Shown in pieces: positions 12,949-26,894 of a DNA stretch of 55,298 bases. Position 1 is the first letter of the stretch, and every line of letters starts with the position of its first letter. The notes beneath the pieces were generated by a model. That model saw only the letters and a program-made list of their open reading frames with translations. It was not told where the DNA came from and searched no databases. Both the position numbers and the translations under genes were made by a program. The stretch is taken from the NCBI RefSeq assembly GCF_001194135.2, contig NC_068986.1, forward strand, positions 64,974,538 through 65,029,835. Direction: 5' to 3'. Origin of the DNA: Octopus bimaculoides. Its lineage: Eukaryota.

Positions 12949-13709
12949 TTATATACATATATATCACACACAGCTACTCATACATATGCATATCAGCATA
13001 TCCATATATAAACTAAATATTCTGTCTATCTGAGAGCATTTGTGTCTGCTAGCAACTTTTTGAACAGATACAGACTTGTCATATTTGTCTTCTAAATGTG
13101 ATGCAAGGCCATTTAAATTTTTTAGCACGTCTTCATAATGTAGGGGCTGAAGTATAAGCAACCCTGTTGAGTGTTCAGCTAGAAGGCGTGTGGATCGAGG
13201 CAATGACACGCCAGAAGAATTGTTAAGTTGAATTCCCCTTTTGGGAGTGTATATTGATCACGTTATGAATGTGATTGATTTCTTCCACTCAAACTGTACC
13301 CTCACACTTATTTGGTCGTGGTTTAGAGTGACATCTCCCTCTAGGTAAGACAGAGAGTTATTTTCTTCTTAGCGTTGTCAGAATATTGCTCATATTGCGG
13401 GTCAACACGTATTATTTTATTTTTTGTGAGGTGTTGGTGACGTTTACACTATTTTTTTTTCATAGAGACAGCATGAATAAGAAAGAGAAAGTTGTAGATA
13501 TAGACTCAGATAAATAGATAGAAAAGTATTATGAGTAACAGAGAAATACATATGACATAAACTAGGCATTCATGCACATACAGATATAATCAAACAGTCA
13601 TGTGTGACCACACATACATTCACACGCAAAGACATGCATGAAAAATACAAGCAAAATACAAGCATAGAGAAGAATTCGCACGCACACACACACGCACGCA
13701 CGCACGCAT

Positions 13710-13740
<31 letters not shown>

Positions 13741-16118
13741 CACACACNNNNNNNNNNNNNNNNNNNNNNNNNNNNNNNNNNNNNNNNNNNNNNNNNNNNN
13801 NNNNNNNNNNNNNNNNNNNNNNNNNNNNNNNNNNNNNNNNNNNNNNNNNNNNNNNNNNNNNNNNNNNNNNNNNNNNNNNNNNNNNNNNNNNNNNNNNNNN
13901 NNNNNNNNNNNNNNNNNNNNNNNNNNNNNNNNNNNNNNNNNNNNNNNNNNNNNNNNNNNNNNNNNNNNNNNNNNNNNNNNNNNNNNNNNNNNNNNNNNNN
14001 NNNNNNNNNNNNNNNNNNNNNNNNNNNNNNNNNNNNNNNNNNNNNNNNNNNNNNNNNNNNNNNNNNNNNNNNNNNNNNNNNNNNNNNNNNNNNNNNNNNN
14101 NNNNNNNNNNNNNNNNNNNNNNNNNNNNNNNNNNNNNNNNNNNNNNNNNNNNNNNNNNNNNNNNNNNNNNNNNNNNNNNNNNNNNNNNNNNNNNNNNNNN
14201 NNNNNNNNNNNNNNNNNNNNNNNNNNNNNNNNNNNNNNNNNNNNNNACACATATATACATATCGGAGTTTACTTTTACAGGAGTAAACGTAGTGCATGAG
14301 CAAAATGACAAAGTCTGTATAAAAATTCGGCTGTCCCCAAAATGCCTCTTCTTGAAAGAGTTCGTACTGAGTCCTAATACTAAACTGGATTTCTTGCGTG
14401 CAGAGAGAACTTGCATTTGTATATCTTCAAATATTCTCTTGTAGCAAATCGCTGATATGAAGGAAAAAACTACATTCGGTGGTCAGATTACACTCACAAA
14501 ATTTGACTTGCCCTTAAATTTACAGATACTACGGGTAATCAGGTTTTCCATTAAACCGTTGTTTGCTACTTAATCACTTTTGTAAACATGTTCGAAATAT
14601 GTGTCGCTAAACTACCTATAGTAAGATTTTAATCTGAATGGACAGATACATCGTTTATATATAAAGGAAATTAAATCTCCGCTACCTTCAGAGAGACTGA
14701 CCTAAACAATATACAGTTCCACTGCGTATTATAACAGAAACAGTCAATTCACTCTTTCAGATCACCAAAGACAGGCCTATCAGCATCCATGTTGGCAGTA
14801 AAGCATGACATTTACTATTCGGGCTTTTATCACCCTTTCATGACAACGGCTCATTTACAACCACCAGGCAGTACAGCAATTATTACGATAACCAATACAT
14901 AACCACAGTTTGATTCCAGTTGCCCAGCCCACACAACTTTCGTTTCCTTACACTGACTAAGCGTCTTTGATAAGTTGGATGAGCATTGATATACAAGCGT
15001 TATAACTAAAAAAATTCACTGCAAGTTATATTACTGTTCAAGTCATTGATGCTTACTTATCTTCTAGTTACAAGCCATTATAGCTTATATAATTTACTGT
15101 CGCATGCCATTACAACGTGCAGCTACATGCCATTGTAACCTACACAGCTTACAGTTACAAGTAATTACAGTTGATGCAACTTTCAGTTACAAGCCTATGC
15201 AACTTACACAATTTTCAGTGACACGCTTGCATTTGCACAGTGACACGTTTACATTTGTAGCTTGCATTTGCACATCCTTCAATATCTGTCGCATTTATAG
15301 AATCTTAACTTCGAATGCAACCTCATCTTTCAGTTAGTTTTAATATAGGATGTGCTCAACTATCCAATGTTATTCTCTACATTCTTAATGATTGCGTTAT
15401 AAACTTGGTATCTGGGAAACAATTACTTTAGATAGAACATCTGGATATAAAGGTATATTTGTAGCTAAAGCTTTTAGATTAGGGGTCAAGGTACTTCCTG
15501 GAAAATGTAGGATCATAGAAAAGAAACCAATCAAAATATGTGAAATATGATAGAAAATTCCTCTTCTATATTTTCTTTTAGCCACACCATTTTTCGACAC
15601 TGGATGATGTCAGGATATTGCTTTCAATCTGGCACAATACAGTATTGTACATAGAACATATTTGTTCATTTTGACTACAAACAAAACTCTTATAATTTTG
15701 AATAAGTTTCAGATGTGATATTCCTTGTCTACCCTTAGAATTAATTGAAGTAGTGTAATGAAATTTGCTTCAGCTAAGCTACGAACTCCCATCCCATGTA
15801 CTATACTATTTCTGGATGAAGAGACTGGGAATAATATTCATAGCATTTTATACGCATATTAGTAGCTTAAGAGAACTGAAATTGATTTAACTTAGAATCG
15901 AAATCGTGCTATGGACTCTGTTCAAAGGAAGCTTACCTCTCTGGTATGGTGCTCCTAATTTCTTCTTTTATTGTGACAGTTAATTACTTTAGAAAGAAAT
16001 AAAGTCTGTGGCTTCTTAAATCCGTATTTCTTTTGTCCAGGCTTTTGTTTCAATTTCATAATTTCTTTAGTTTGCATTTTTTTTTGCTGTTGGTATTTAT
16101 TTTTCTACGTTAATGTCT

Positions 16119-16153
<35 letters not shown>

Positions 16154-17426
16154 GTCATCTCGTAACATTTGTCCTATTTCTACTGCATTATTTTACCACG
16201 TTAACAAACCTTTAGTTTCTGCCAAGTAAATAAATACCTCTGCGATGATTTTGGATTCAAGAAAGAAAAAGAATTAATGATTTCATAGCAAAAGAAAAAA
16301 CTGAGGAGAAAACACAAGAAAGCAAAATAGAACAGAAAGCTCCTCTCTCCTCACCCACAAAAGAAGACAGAACATACACCGTTAATACTCTGAAATTACA
16401 CCGGATATCATCTTTGGCAGATTACAAGATGGAGATGTAAATTATTATCAAAAAGTACACAAAAGAAAGAAAATATAAAAATTATTTAAAAAAAATGAAA
16501 AATCGGAAAAAAATTGAAAAAATGAAGGAACAATAAATTTGTGTTGAGAAATGGTAATTACAACGACAAAAATCAATGTAATTTACCGCTCTAGTTATTT
16601 GCTGCATTGAATTTTTTGACATAACCTATCACCTTAGACACGACATATAGGGGTTGTCTCCAGAATTGTTAACACATCGCTCTGATTTTTTTTTCCTAAT
16701 CAGCATAGAAATGCAGACAAACAATACTAATAGGAAGACACCCAAACACAAATACATAGTTGATATCTCTGTTTCAAGGAAATTTCCAACAGCAGAGTGT
16801 CTTTTTCTTTTCTTATCATGCAGCAGTTTCCATAGTAATGTATGAGTTTCAAAATGGCGACGGAGACACCAGGAAAAAAATGAGGCACAAGATTATTGGT
16901 GAATTTATGTGCACTGCTTAGCAATATCTGGTGCGCTACAATACGAATGTCTTTACATAGAAGTTACGTTTTTATGCTTTGCTTCATTTTGCTCTCTACC
17001 TTATAACAAGTTTTTAAGGTTTCATATTCGTAAGTCTTTTCTCCTTGGCTTCTGATCAACCAGATCTATAATCAAGAGCGTTCCACCCATAACCGAACCA
17101 CCTATTCTTCGACATAGTGCACCTAGGACCATTGTATTCAATGTGTTTTTCTTATGTTATAATATAAAGAAAATTTAGCTGCTTTTTCTAGTAGATTGAG
17201 TGACAGTATAGAGATCTCTTACTTGAAGTTTTGTTGCTAAAGATACCCAAACCAGTAAATTGCCGAATTATAATGTCTAGAGTGTCATTTTTAGCCCGTT
17301 ACTTTTCTACATCGCACTTTCAAAACCAGTCATTCTCGGTGATTATGGATACTTATCAACCGATGCTGATGCATAGTTACAGACAAGATAAAATCTCTCT
17401 GCTTACACAATATACACAAATGTTGG

Positions 17427-17648
17427 TTTCATATTTTGGCTCAAGGCCAGCAATTTTGGAGGAGGGGTAAATCGATTGTGCCGACCCCAGTGTTCAACTT
17501 CTACTTATTTCATTGACTCCAAAAAAAAAAAAAAAAATGGAAGGCAAAGTCGACCTCAGTAGAATTTGAACTCAGAAAGTAAAGACGGGCGAAATGCCGG
17601 AAAACATTTTTGCCCGGCGCGGTAACGATTCTGCCAGCTCACCGCCTT
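17427..17648 (-). mobile_element. SINE family A copy
   Basis: Reverse complement of the family A head and central domain (ggcaaagtcgacctc..gaatttgaactcagaa..gattctgccagctcaccgcc). Confidence 0.8.
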
Positions 17649-17679
17649 ATAATATAGACAAATATGAATATTTTTTTCC

Positions 17680-17931
17680 TTTTCTTTTACCTTCTCGAGT
17701 CATACCGACTGAAAAGGGTCGGTTTCTCAGTTTCATGGCGTCTGTATTCTCCACCTGGACGGGATGCCGGTCCATCGAAGGGTTACTCACTTTTGCAAGA
17801 TGAGTAGACTGAAGCAAAGTGAATTGAAGTGTTTTACTCAAGAATACAACGCGTCGCCCGGTTCAAGAATCGAAACCACAATCGTACAATCATGAGTCCA
17901 ACACCATAGTCACTAAGCTACGCGCTTCCAC
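17680..17931 (-). mobile_element. tRNA-derived CORE-like SINE (third type)
   Basis: Minus strand begins gtggaagcgcgtagcttagtg (A box), then gtggtttcgattc (B box), then gttgtattcttgagtaaaacacttc..cagtctactcatct (CORE-like). Confidence 0.6.
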
Positions 17932-18765
17932 TATTTGAATATCTGGACAACAACAATGTTTATATACTGCATCCTCTATTATTTTGACGTTGAGCATTCC
18001 TTAGTTCGATTTACCAACTCGGCAAATGAACATATAAGGCGCTGAATATTCACAGACATTAATATACTTCTCAGGCCGAATAAGAGTGACACAATATGTC
18101 ACATGACTTGATCTTTGAAATGTAGGTGCAATTCATTCAATGGCCGTCCATATATTTTTCATCTACTTAATTTCATTCACAAATCTCGAATCAGTTTGTC
18201 GCTACGTTAAGGCTCGAAACCGTGATACCCTGACGGCGAAGAAAACCTTATAAGCTACTTGACCACACCTGCATCAATCAAAGTTTCTATAATGGGAATC
18301 TGAATGTATTAATACGCATCCTATTGGTGTAGAAAAAATATGCACCAGTTGAGTACAGAGGGTGATATAATCAATTGTTTTTCATCCCACATGCACACAG
18401 ATGAAAGGATCGGCATTCTATTGGTGGATACTGCTAATCACCGAAAGCCAAAACATTCAACTCTTTAATACTAATATATAATAAAATTAATAACAATAGT
18501 AAAATGATACCCAGTCTACGATTCCTTTCATTACTTTTCTTTTATTTTTTCCATATGAAACAATACTTTTTACAATGTCTGGAAAATAAAAGAAACAAAT
18601 TAAATTAAAAACGATAAAACTTTAATATTTATATTAATGTTTAGATGATTACTGCATTCTATATTGCAGTGTTTCCCAAGCAATGCGTAGTGCCATGAAA
18701 GTAATAAAATTATGTTAAAAATGTGAAAATTATAAGCTGATATTCTCCGCTTCATTTATTGCATC

Positions 18766-18805
<40 letters not shown>

Positions 18806-19064
18806 NNNNNNNNNNACACACACACACACACACACACACACACATTCACACACACACATACACATTCACACACACACATTCACACACACACACACACACG
18901 CACGCACGCACGTACGCACACACACACACACGCATACGAACACCCACCCACTCACACACACCGATACACAGACATACATACGTATACACATACACAACAG
19001 TACTATTGGCATATATAGGCATTGAATGAGAGAACGATTCAGATATTCGTGGGGAAAACACCCA

Positions 19065-21782
19065 GCGATTCGATGTTATTCCGTGATCAACGAAACAGCG
19101 AGAGAATAACTAGCTCAAAGTCAAACACTCAATTTTGGGGCAATAAATAGATATACTGTGCCGCACGAATTGTAAACCAACAGACTGGAATAAACGTGAC
19201 CGATCCAAATAATAATAGAGCCAAAAATGGATTATCTTCCTGTAAAATAACTTCAACAGACTCAAGAAAATGACGGGACAGTTGGACATAATCATCATAA
19301 GCAAAAGTAAAGATTAATTCACAAATCACCAGTTCTGACAGCATGATAGATTATCCAAATAGTATAGGAATTGCCACCGAGAAAATTACATAAACCCAAA
19401 ATGACAGACTACAAGCCTGCACAAAACCCACACGCTGCGTATCGCACTATGAAGGACCATACCATCAAATTAGTAAGTGTTTCTTGCCATGAGAACCTAA
19501 AGTCATTCTGGCGGGGAATCTGGGATGTAAACGAAAAATCCATTCGTGATGCAGCATGGTTAAACGAACTACAAAGAGAGTTTTCTGTAAAGGCCTCACC
19601 CAAAATATATGACATCACTTGTGAAACCCGTCTGACGATTATTATGAGAGTACTGAATGGACAATCACCTGGAAGAGACCTTATACTAGGCTACTGGTAC
19701 ATGAAGCTCATATTCAACAGAGAAATTCTCACGACCCTGATGTAATTGATGCTGTGATAGATATACCAGATTGGTTGACAGTTGCACGGACTACTTTTGT
19801 CATCAAGAACAAAGAGACCCGTGTAGCCAAAAACTACAGGCCCACAGCATGCTTGGATGTTATGTAAAAACTGTACATAGGTTGTTTTTATAAGACCACT
19901 GCCAAACAAATGTGATAACTGATGAACAGGCAGGAGGAAAGAAGGGAGTTTGGGACTGAGTTGAACAGCTCCTCACCAACAAAGCTGTCCTTAAAGAAGC
20001 AAAGAAAAATCACCGTAATCTCGTAACATACTGTAATTTTTTTTTGTATTGGCAGTGAGACCTTTGTCAACCCTGTTAATGAAATGCAAAAGCAACATGC
20101 TGGGAAATTCAGAAAAGAATAAAATTAATGTCACCCAGATATTTTTGTTGACTACCTGGTAACATAAACAACATCAAGAGGTCATTGGAACTAATCAAAG
20201 CATTCTCACGAGACATAGGGAATGAGTTTGAGCAAAATAAGTTCTCATACATGAGGGAGGATTGTCAACCAGACGGAGAACACGTACATGAATGGCTTGT
20301 TTAGCTTCCTGTCTCTAGTAATGAAATCTATAAGTCGGAATCGATGAGAATTTGGCATACGTTGGTGCGGTAAATAAAGTCAGAATAACAAAAGAGAACA
20401 AGTCCATATCTCACAATACTTTTCGAGTCTCAGTATCAGTACCAACATTTGGGATATTGGTCTGGAGACTTGACTTAATCCACAACTTGAACACCAAAAC
20501 TAGAAAGATACTGACCACCACTGGCACCTTCCACTTCAACAGCGACATCGATAGGATTGACTTGGGACGACGTGATGGTGGCAGAAACATAAGGTCAGTC
20601 CAAACAGCGTTTGAACGTCGCATGGCATCAATCAGACAACATCAGTTGAAAACTGAAGAAAGAAATGAGTACATTACATGCATACTTAAAAATGAGAGCA
20701 ACATCTTTAGTGTTGGAGAAGAACTACCGTGCAGGTACCCTGAGAATACAACTGTCTCATGCAACCCAAAGGAGGTTGGACTGACCTACCTAAACAAGAG
20801 CTTGGAGGAGAAGCAGGCATCATATTAACAAAAACCAGTGCATGGGTACATATCCCATAAGCTACAGGGCAACAACAGCATTGACAGGACTTGTGATAAA
20901 TGTATTAAATCTCATCTAGAAGGATATGCCCTTAGTATTTAGGAACAGGAAATAGCTGTTAAATACCTGATGAACAAGAGGGAGAGAGAGAGAGAGAGAG
21001 GGAGGGAGATACCACCAAACTTTCACGTTGTAATAGAAAATGTTTGCTATGCATTACCAGTGTGAAAGATATCAACCACATCACCAGCAGCTGCCCCGAA
21101 ATGTCTACCAGATACTACTTACTCTTGAAGCATTATAAAGTTACAGAACTATTTCCAATGATATTCGCCTCTAGCGTATACATTAGAGACAAGTCAGAAC
21201 TAAAATGGATTCACATCATTAAAAACAAGGACTACGAGTGGAATATACGAATAACAACAACGATATGGTTCAAACATATCGGACTGTAGGGCAGTGAACA
21301 AAAATCAAACACTGTTGAAGTGGTCAATTGTCCAGTAGATGTAAATGTACCATCAAAGGTAAAAAAAAAGAAAACATTTGTGGTGAACTAATGCGAAACT
21401 TACAGTTCTTGTACTCTAACTATAACTTTTCATTTGCACCTATCATCATAGATGCATTAGGCTATGAATCGACAGATTTACTCAAAAGCCTAGAAATGCT
21501 AGGTTTTCGAAAGAAAGAGCTAAAGAAACTGATGTGCATTCTCCAAATCACCTCTATTAACAGCACAGTGAAAATTTATAAGACGCTCCAAAGATTCTCT
21601 ATCTGAGATGCTTTTGACAAATAGATGCGCACTCTTGGTTGTGTGTATTGATTGTTCAACCTACTCACCAACCGAATCACATATTTACAAGCACCGGGAA
21701 CTCTCTTAATTCACAATGTCTTGTCATTTTGTTAGCGACCTGCTTGAACTCTCTTAACAAGAGCTTAAATAAATATCAAAGA

Positions 21783-21785
<3 letters not shown>
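19065..21785 (+). mobile_element. R4/Dong-clade non-LTR retrotransposon (RT, CCHC-type zinc finger, restriction-like endonuclease), degraded, with an internal RT deletion
   Basis: FWRGIWD..AAWL..GQSPGRDLILGYWY (19371-19745); NYRPTACL; KTRKILT..FHFNSDIDR..RRDGGR (20352-20828); HITSSCPEMSTRYYL (21044-21289); ELMRNLQFLY..FAPIIIDALG..TVKIYKT (21328-21606). Confidence 0.85.
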
Positions 21786-21820
<35 letters not shown>

Positions 21821-22319
21821 GAACATAGAGTAAGCAGTATCTGTGGAAATTCTATGGTTAGTTTGAAAACTAGAAGACGTTTGGAACTAGAAGATGCTTA
21901 GAAGTATATAAAGAACCATGAAATATAATTTCTTTTGAAGTATACGTTTTGAGATATTTGTTTCTCTAGATGGTGCAAAAGTTCACATTGGTCCTATTGA
22001 ATGTGTACCCTTAGAAAACAACGTCTCTGTAAGCTGTATTATTGTTTTCTATGCTTTCTATACATTCGTTACGTATTCCACTTTGAGAGTTGTCATCTGT
22101 TATTTCTCACTTTATGTGGAGAAGTAAACAATCCTAGCTATCGAAAGATATTGAAGACATTATGACGCATTCTATCTATAATATTATTCTGCTACAGTAC
22201 GTTAATATAGCTTTAACAAATCTTAGTATGGTGCATTACATCCTTATTTTCATATCGCAGAAAAGTTTATGTCTAGACAAGAACCCACTGTGCCAGTGAA
22301 CGAAGTGTAGTAAGTGACC

Positions 22320-22480
22320 CAACGAGCAGTGGATGATAAACAAACAAAAACTATTTGGTTCTGGTTTCGATCTCACTGCGCACAACCTTGGGTAAGAGTC
22401 TTATAATGTAGCCTCTAGTTGATTAATGTCTTGAGCAATATTTGGTTGACATAAACAGTATGGAATTTCTTTGTATGTAT
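22320..22480 (+). mobile_element. SINE family B, degenerate head and CORE
   Basis: ggtttcgatctcactgcgcacaaccttgggtaagagtctt..agcc matches the B-box plus accttgggcaagtgtctt CORE pattern of the other copies. Confidence 0.5.
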
Positions 22481-22689
22481 GAACGTGTGTATGTATTTGT
22501 GTATGTATGTATACATATATGTATATATGTAAACGCACATATATGTATATTTATGTGTGTGTGTCTGTGGGTGGGTGGGTGTGTAATGCAAAAGAATTTC
22601 TTTTTTTAATCGCCATATTCTGTTCAAATTGTACATGTTGACAGAATAACTTTTCCTATATAGTAACCTTTCTTTCTGTTCGTCTTCAT

Positions 22690-23500
22690 TGCAGAAGCAG
22701 CGGGTCGTTATTCATTTCACGTCGAATGAGACATGCAGGTTGTTCAATATTTATAGGCTGTTTATGAAGATGATACCACTGACAAGAACAATGTGCACAG
22801 ATGACTAAAGAGGTTTAAAGAGAAACTAGCTTTGAAAACAATCACGCAGTGGTAGACCATCAACTGTGATCACTGACACGAATCGCTTATCTGTTGATGA
22901 ATCATTTTGCGTGAACAGAGGAGTCTCAAATTGTGAGCTTGCAGTACATGTAGGATGCGGTCATACTGCATCACAGAAAGTAGAAAAATCTTTGAACATC
23001 GGAAAATGTGTGCAAAGGGAGTGCCTCGGGTGTTGACACCTGATTTGATGGATGAAGGAGTGAAACTTTGCTCTGATCTGCCGCAAGTGTTTGAAACCAA
23101 TAAAGACACGTTTTTACCCAGCTGGCCAATGGGAATAGAATGTAGACCTCTCTATATATATACTGTAAATAAAAGGTAGTCCATAGAATGATTTTATACC
23201 CCTCCTCGAAGCTGTAAGAAATTCAAGGGCCAGCGATTAGTGTAGAATATTACGAGAATATTTTTAAGCTGTCAACGGTGCCAATCTCTTTGATTTTCTG
23301 GAACGTGGCTGTACCGTGAACAGTGAGTCAATCAAAAAGCTTAGAGAAGCTATTAGGAGGAATAAACTGAAGAAGTCTGAAGAAGATCCGTATTCGCCAT
23401 GGTAATGTGTGGCCATGGATATCTTTGGCAACAATTCATATAGTCAGTAAAATTATGCTGGTCAGTACTTTCACTGTAAGCCCGCATCTGCTGTCCACCA
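22690..23500 (+). mobile_element. Mariner transposase relic
   Basis: QKQRVVIHF.., GRPST, RKMCAKGVPRVLTP (cf. WVPRxL, ORF 22955-23179), and decayed HDNARPH-like and YSPDLAP-like segments near 23400-23500. Many stops and frameshifts. Confidence 0.7.
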
Positions 23501-23769
23501 GGCTAAAAACCACGTAGTAAACCAATACATAGTAAACCAATACATAGTAAACCAATGCATATGTAGTTGAAATCCAGTAAATTCAATCAGTGATGATTAT
23601 TTCATGAGAAATACATAGAATATAAAGAAAGTCAGGAGGTATGAAGTGAATATATGTTATATACTAAAATGAATTATTTTACTATGTTGGCTACGGAACG
23701 ATTATCATCTTATGGATATTAACTGGTGAAATAAATATTCATTTCATATAAGCTGATTTCCCTTATACA

Positions 23770-23926
23770 TTCTTTATTCTTTTATTCTTTTACTTGTTTC
23801 AGTCATTTGACTGCGGCCATGCTGGTGCACTGCACTACACCATGGGAAAGTGTCTTTCACTATAGCCTTGGGCCAACCAAAGCCTTGTAAGTGGATTTGG
23901 TAGACGGAAACTGAAAGACACCCGTC

Positions 23927-23975
<49 letters not shown>

Positions 23976-23996
23976 TGTATATGCTTATGTGTATGT

Positions 23997-24039
<43 letters not shown>

Positions 24040-24242
24040 TGTGTTTGTACCCCACCATCGCTTTACAACCGATGCTGGTGTGTTTAAGTCCCCATAATCT
24101 GGCGGTTCGGCAAAGAGAAACCGATAGAATAAGTACTAGGCTTACAAAAAATACATCCTGAGGTCGATTTCTTTGACTAAAATCCTTTAAGGCGGTGCTC
24201 CAGCATTGCCGCAATCAAACGACTGAAACAAGTAAAAGAGTA
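23770..24242 (+). mobile_element. SINE family B copy lacking its head, fused to an inverted copy of its own tail
   Basis: 23783-23830 is the reverse complement of 24195-24242 (43/48 identical by my count). The body is CORE, then (TA)n(TG)n, then tail. Confidence 0.8.
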
Positions 24243-24269
24243 TACACACACATACATATAGTATATATA

Positions 24270-25550
24270 TAGAGTGCAGTGAGTAAATTGTCTTCGAAAT
24301 TACGCAAAAATGAAAATAACACTATCATCTCATTTTAGCAGATATATTTACCAAAATTAAATAAAGATATCTTGAAATACTAAAGACTAAATTTATTCAA
24401 TGAAATTGCTATTGGCTTCAACCAAGGCGTCCGGACGACTTCGGAATCTCCTGCAACTCTTCTGCACGGTCTCCTTGTTTAAGTTGGTGAATGCTGCCAC
24501 AATCCTTGCCTTCAGTTCATCTTTGGTCTTACAAGGAGTTTAGTTGGTCTCTTGCTCAACTGCACCCTACTCATAATAAGCACGGTGTTTACAGTCTGGA
24601 GAGTTAGGCGGCCAGATGTTAGGAGTGATGTGATTGCATAAATTGTCTGACAGCCATGATTGGATTCTCCTGCTTGTGTGGCATGGTGCAGAGTCCTGTT
24701 GCCAGACATAAGGTCTTCCAACAGCCACCTTCTTGACCCAGGGCAGCACTACCTCATCCAGACACTTGCTGTAGGCCTCCGTGTTGTGTCAGAGGCCGTG
24801 TGGGAAGGTAAATGGAGGCATAACGTCGCTATCACTAGTGATCACGCCATGCACCAAGATTTTTATCACTCTCGGTACATGTTTTGGGGACACGGCAAGC
24901 CAACGGTTGTTCTGTGTTCACCATCTGATCCTGGCAGAAATTTTTCTCGTTGAGAAAAATTAAAGCATCCTCGGTTAGAGGAGAAGCTTGAGTTTGTCTA
25001 AAAGCTTCCTAGCGTGGTCTTTTCACTTGTCCTTGATGGCTTGGGATAAAAAACTGGCCCTTTCTCATCTTCTATGAGGAACACCGAATGTCTTCATGCA
25101 CTACCGGTATGATAAGAAACGCAGAAACTCCCATGTCTGGCGATGGACCTGATTGACTTAGAGGGATCGTTGTCAGTCATGGCCTGGATCTCACCAACAA
25201 ATTAAGGAATTCCTTTCTTATCAGAACGATCAGAGGGAGTTTTCCGAGCTACCGTGCCTTCGTAATTACCATTAGACTCATCTAACTGATTCCGAATCTT
25301 CTGCACTGTCCTCAGATTGACACCCAAACACTTTGAAATGATCGTATTGGAGCTTCCGGCGCGAATGTCAAGCAGTACAGCATGTCGTTTCCAAATTTCT
25401 GGCAGAGCGCAATGTGTCATGGTGCTGTTTTTCTCACAGACGGTGCCCAACTAACCCCACTATACTGTGTAGTCGACAAAATCAAAACAAACAATGCGCA
25501 TGCGCGAAATTAAAAATATAAAATTGCGTCAATTTACCCATCACATTCTG
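24270..25550 (-). mobile_element. maT / DD37D-type Tc1-mariner superfamily transposon, near full length (about 1.28 kb), inactivated
   Basis: Imperfect TIRs (agagtgcagtgagtaaattgtc / cagaatgtgatgggtaaattgac). The transposase starts in ORF 25202-25450 and includes YVWQQDSAPCHTS..IWPPNSPDCKHRAYY. The position 38 residues after the QQD Asp, which is the DD37D third Asp, reads Ala (gct). Confidence 0.85.
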
Positions 25551-25599
25551 TGTGTGTGCATAGATATTCTCTATTCATTCAAGGGAACTATTCACGGCC

Positions 25600-25810
25600 T
25601 CCAATAATATCAGGGACTTAAGAGTGATTGTTTACAACAATCTCAGCTGAAGTGCTCACATTAACAATAATGTCGATATGGTTCACAGGATGAGCTTCTG
25701 AATCCTCTGAAATTTCTGGTCCACAGAGAAAGATGTCATTATTCACGTCTTCTGCTTCTTTGTACGGTCATGTATCACTCCTTATATCTTAATCAACATT
25801 GATATATCAC
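25600..25810 (+). mobile_element. CR1/L2-like LINE RT C-terminal fragment
   Basis: Reads IRDLRVIVYNNLS*SAHINN..HRMSF*IL..KDVII..FVRS, cf. the CR1 motif RDLGVIVDxxLSWSxHI. Confidence 0.65.
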
Positions 25811-26400
25811 CAAAACAGCCACAAAAGGTATGTAATAACATTATGGTTTTTTCACTTCTTCAGACATCCTGATTTGAAATACAAACAACTTATGAAATGA
25901 AGCTGTAATGCAGGATAAATTTATATCATTTCATGGGCGCACTAACAGCATGCAAATAAATATTTATAATCAACCATTAACAAACCAACTAGCATGTTAT
26001 GTCACATAAGATTTAAGTAGATTAATGAAAATAAAAACAAAATCTATTCTTAGATATCTTGCATATGCTGTGTATGTTGCATAACATTGTATGTGGTGTG
26101 GAATAAACAATGTTTGTTAACTGAAACGACCGTAAAATCAATTTGACATCCCTTTTCCTCAATCAAGTTATTATTCACTCTGTGAAGATTTTAACATGTC
26201 TACTGGTTCATACTTTGGATTCGTGATGTATCCTTTTTATAATTGTTTTGAAGTATAACTGATTTTCTTTAGTTATTGGAATAGTAGGTTAGTCCGGTTC
26301 CTACATGAAGTGCTGAGGTGGTCGCCTGGATTATACTTATCCCCAAATCTATCTATCTATCTATCTATCTATCTATTTGTCTGTCTGTCTGTCTGTCTGT

Positions 26401-26440
<40 letters not shown>

Positions 26441-26589
26441 ACACACACACACACATGCGCATATACATATGCATACATAAATCTGTACGTGTGTGAGGCT
26501 CTGTACACCTGTTTGTTGTTTAAAACCAGTCATGTTATTGATGTACAGTAACATAGTAATTACCAAATTAAAGATAATGACAAGTAGAT

Positions 26590-26750
26590 ATATTTTTGCT
26601 TGAAATTTTGGTAAAGCTCAACAATATGGAGGAAGAGTTAAGTCGATTGCTCGACTGGTATTTATTTCGTCGACCGTGAAATGATGAAAAGAAAAGTCTC
26701 CTTTGTCGGAATTTGAACTCAGAGCGTAAAGACGGACGAGACATTGACAG
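26590..26750 (-). mobile_element. SINE family A, degenerate and truncated
   Basis: ctggtatttatttcgtcgacc..ggaatttgaactcagagcgtaaagacggacga. Confidence 0.7.
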
Positions 26751-26818
26751 TGGTACCCAAATATGCATGTAATTCAATAAGTGGAAAAATTACCTAATGA
26801 ATTAAAAAGTTTACGTAC

Positions 26819-26894
<76 letters not shown>

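Noticed and set aside
12964-13209. Protein-like minus ORF (HYEDVLKNLNGLASHLEDKYDK...)
   Set aside because: No good splice donor and no recognised homology; the length is compatible with chance.
14250-14445. Open frames on both strands with acceptor-like sites beside a gap
   Set aside because: Donors are weak, the two strands are equally plausible, and no motif was recognised.
23515-23559. CRISPR-like repeat arrays anywhere in the window
   Set aside because: All repeats are contiguous tandem or microsatellite repeats without unique spacers, there are no cas genes, and the context is eukaryotic.
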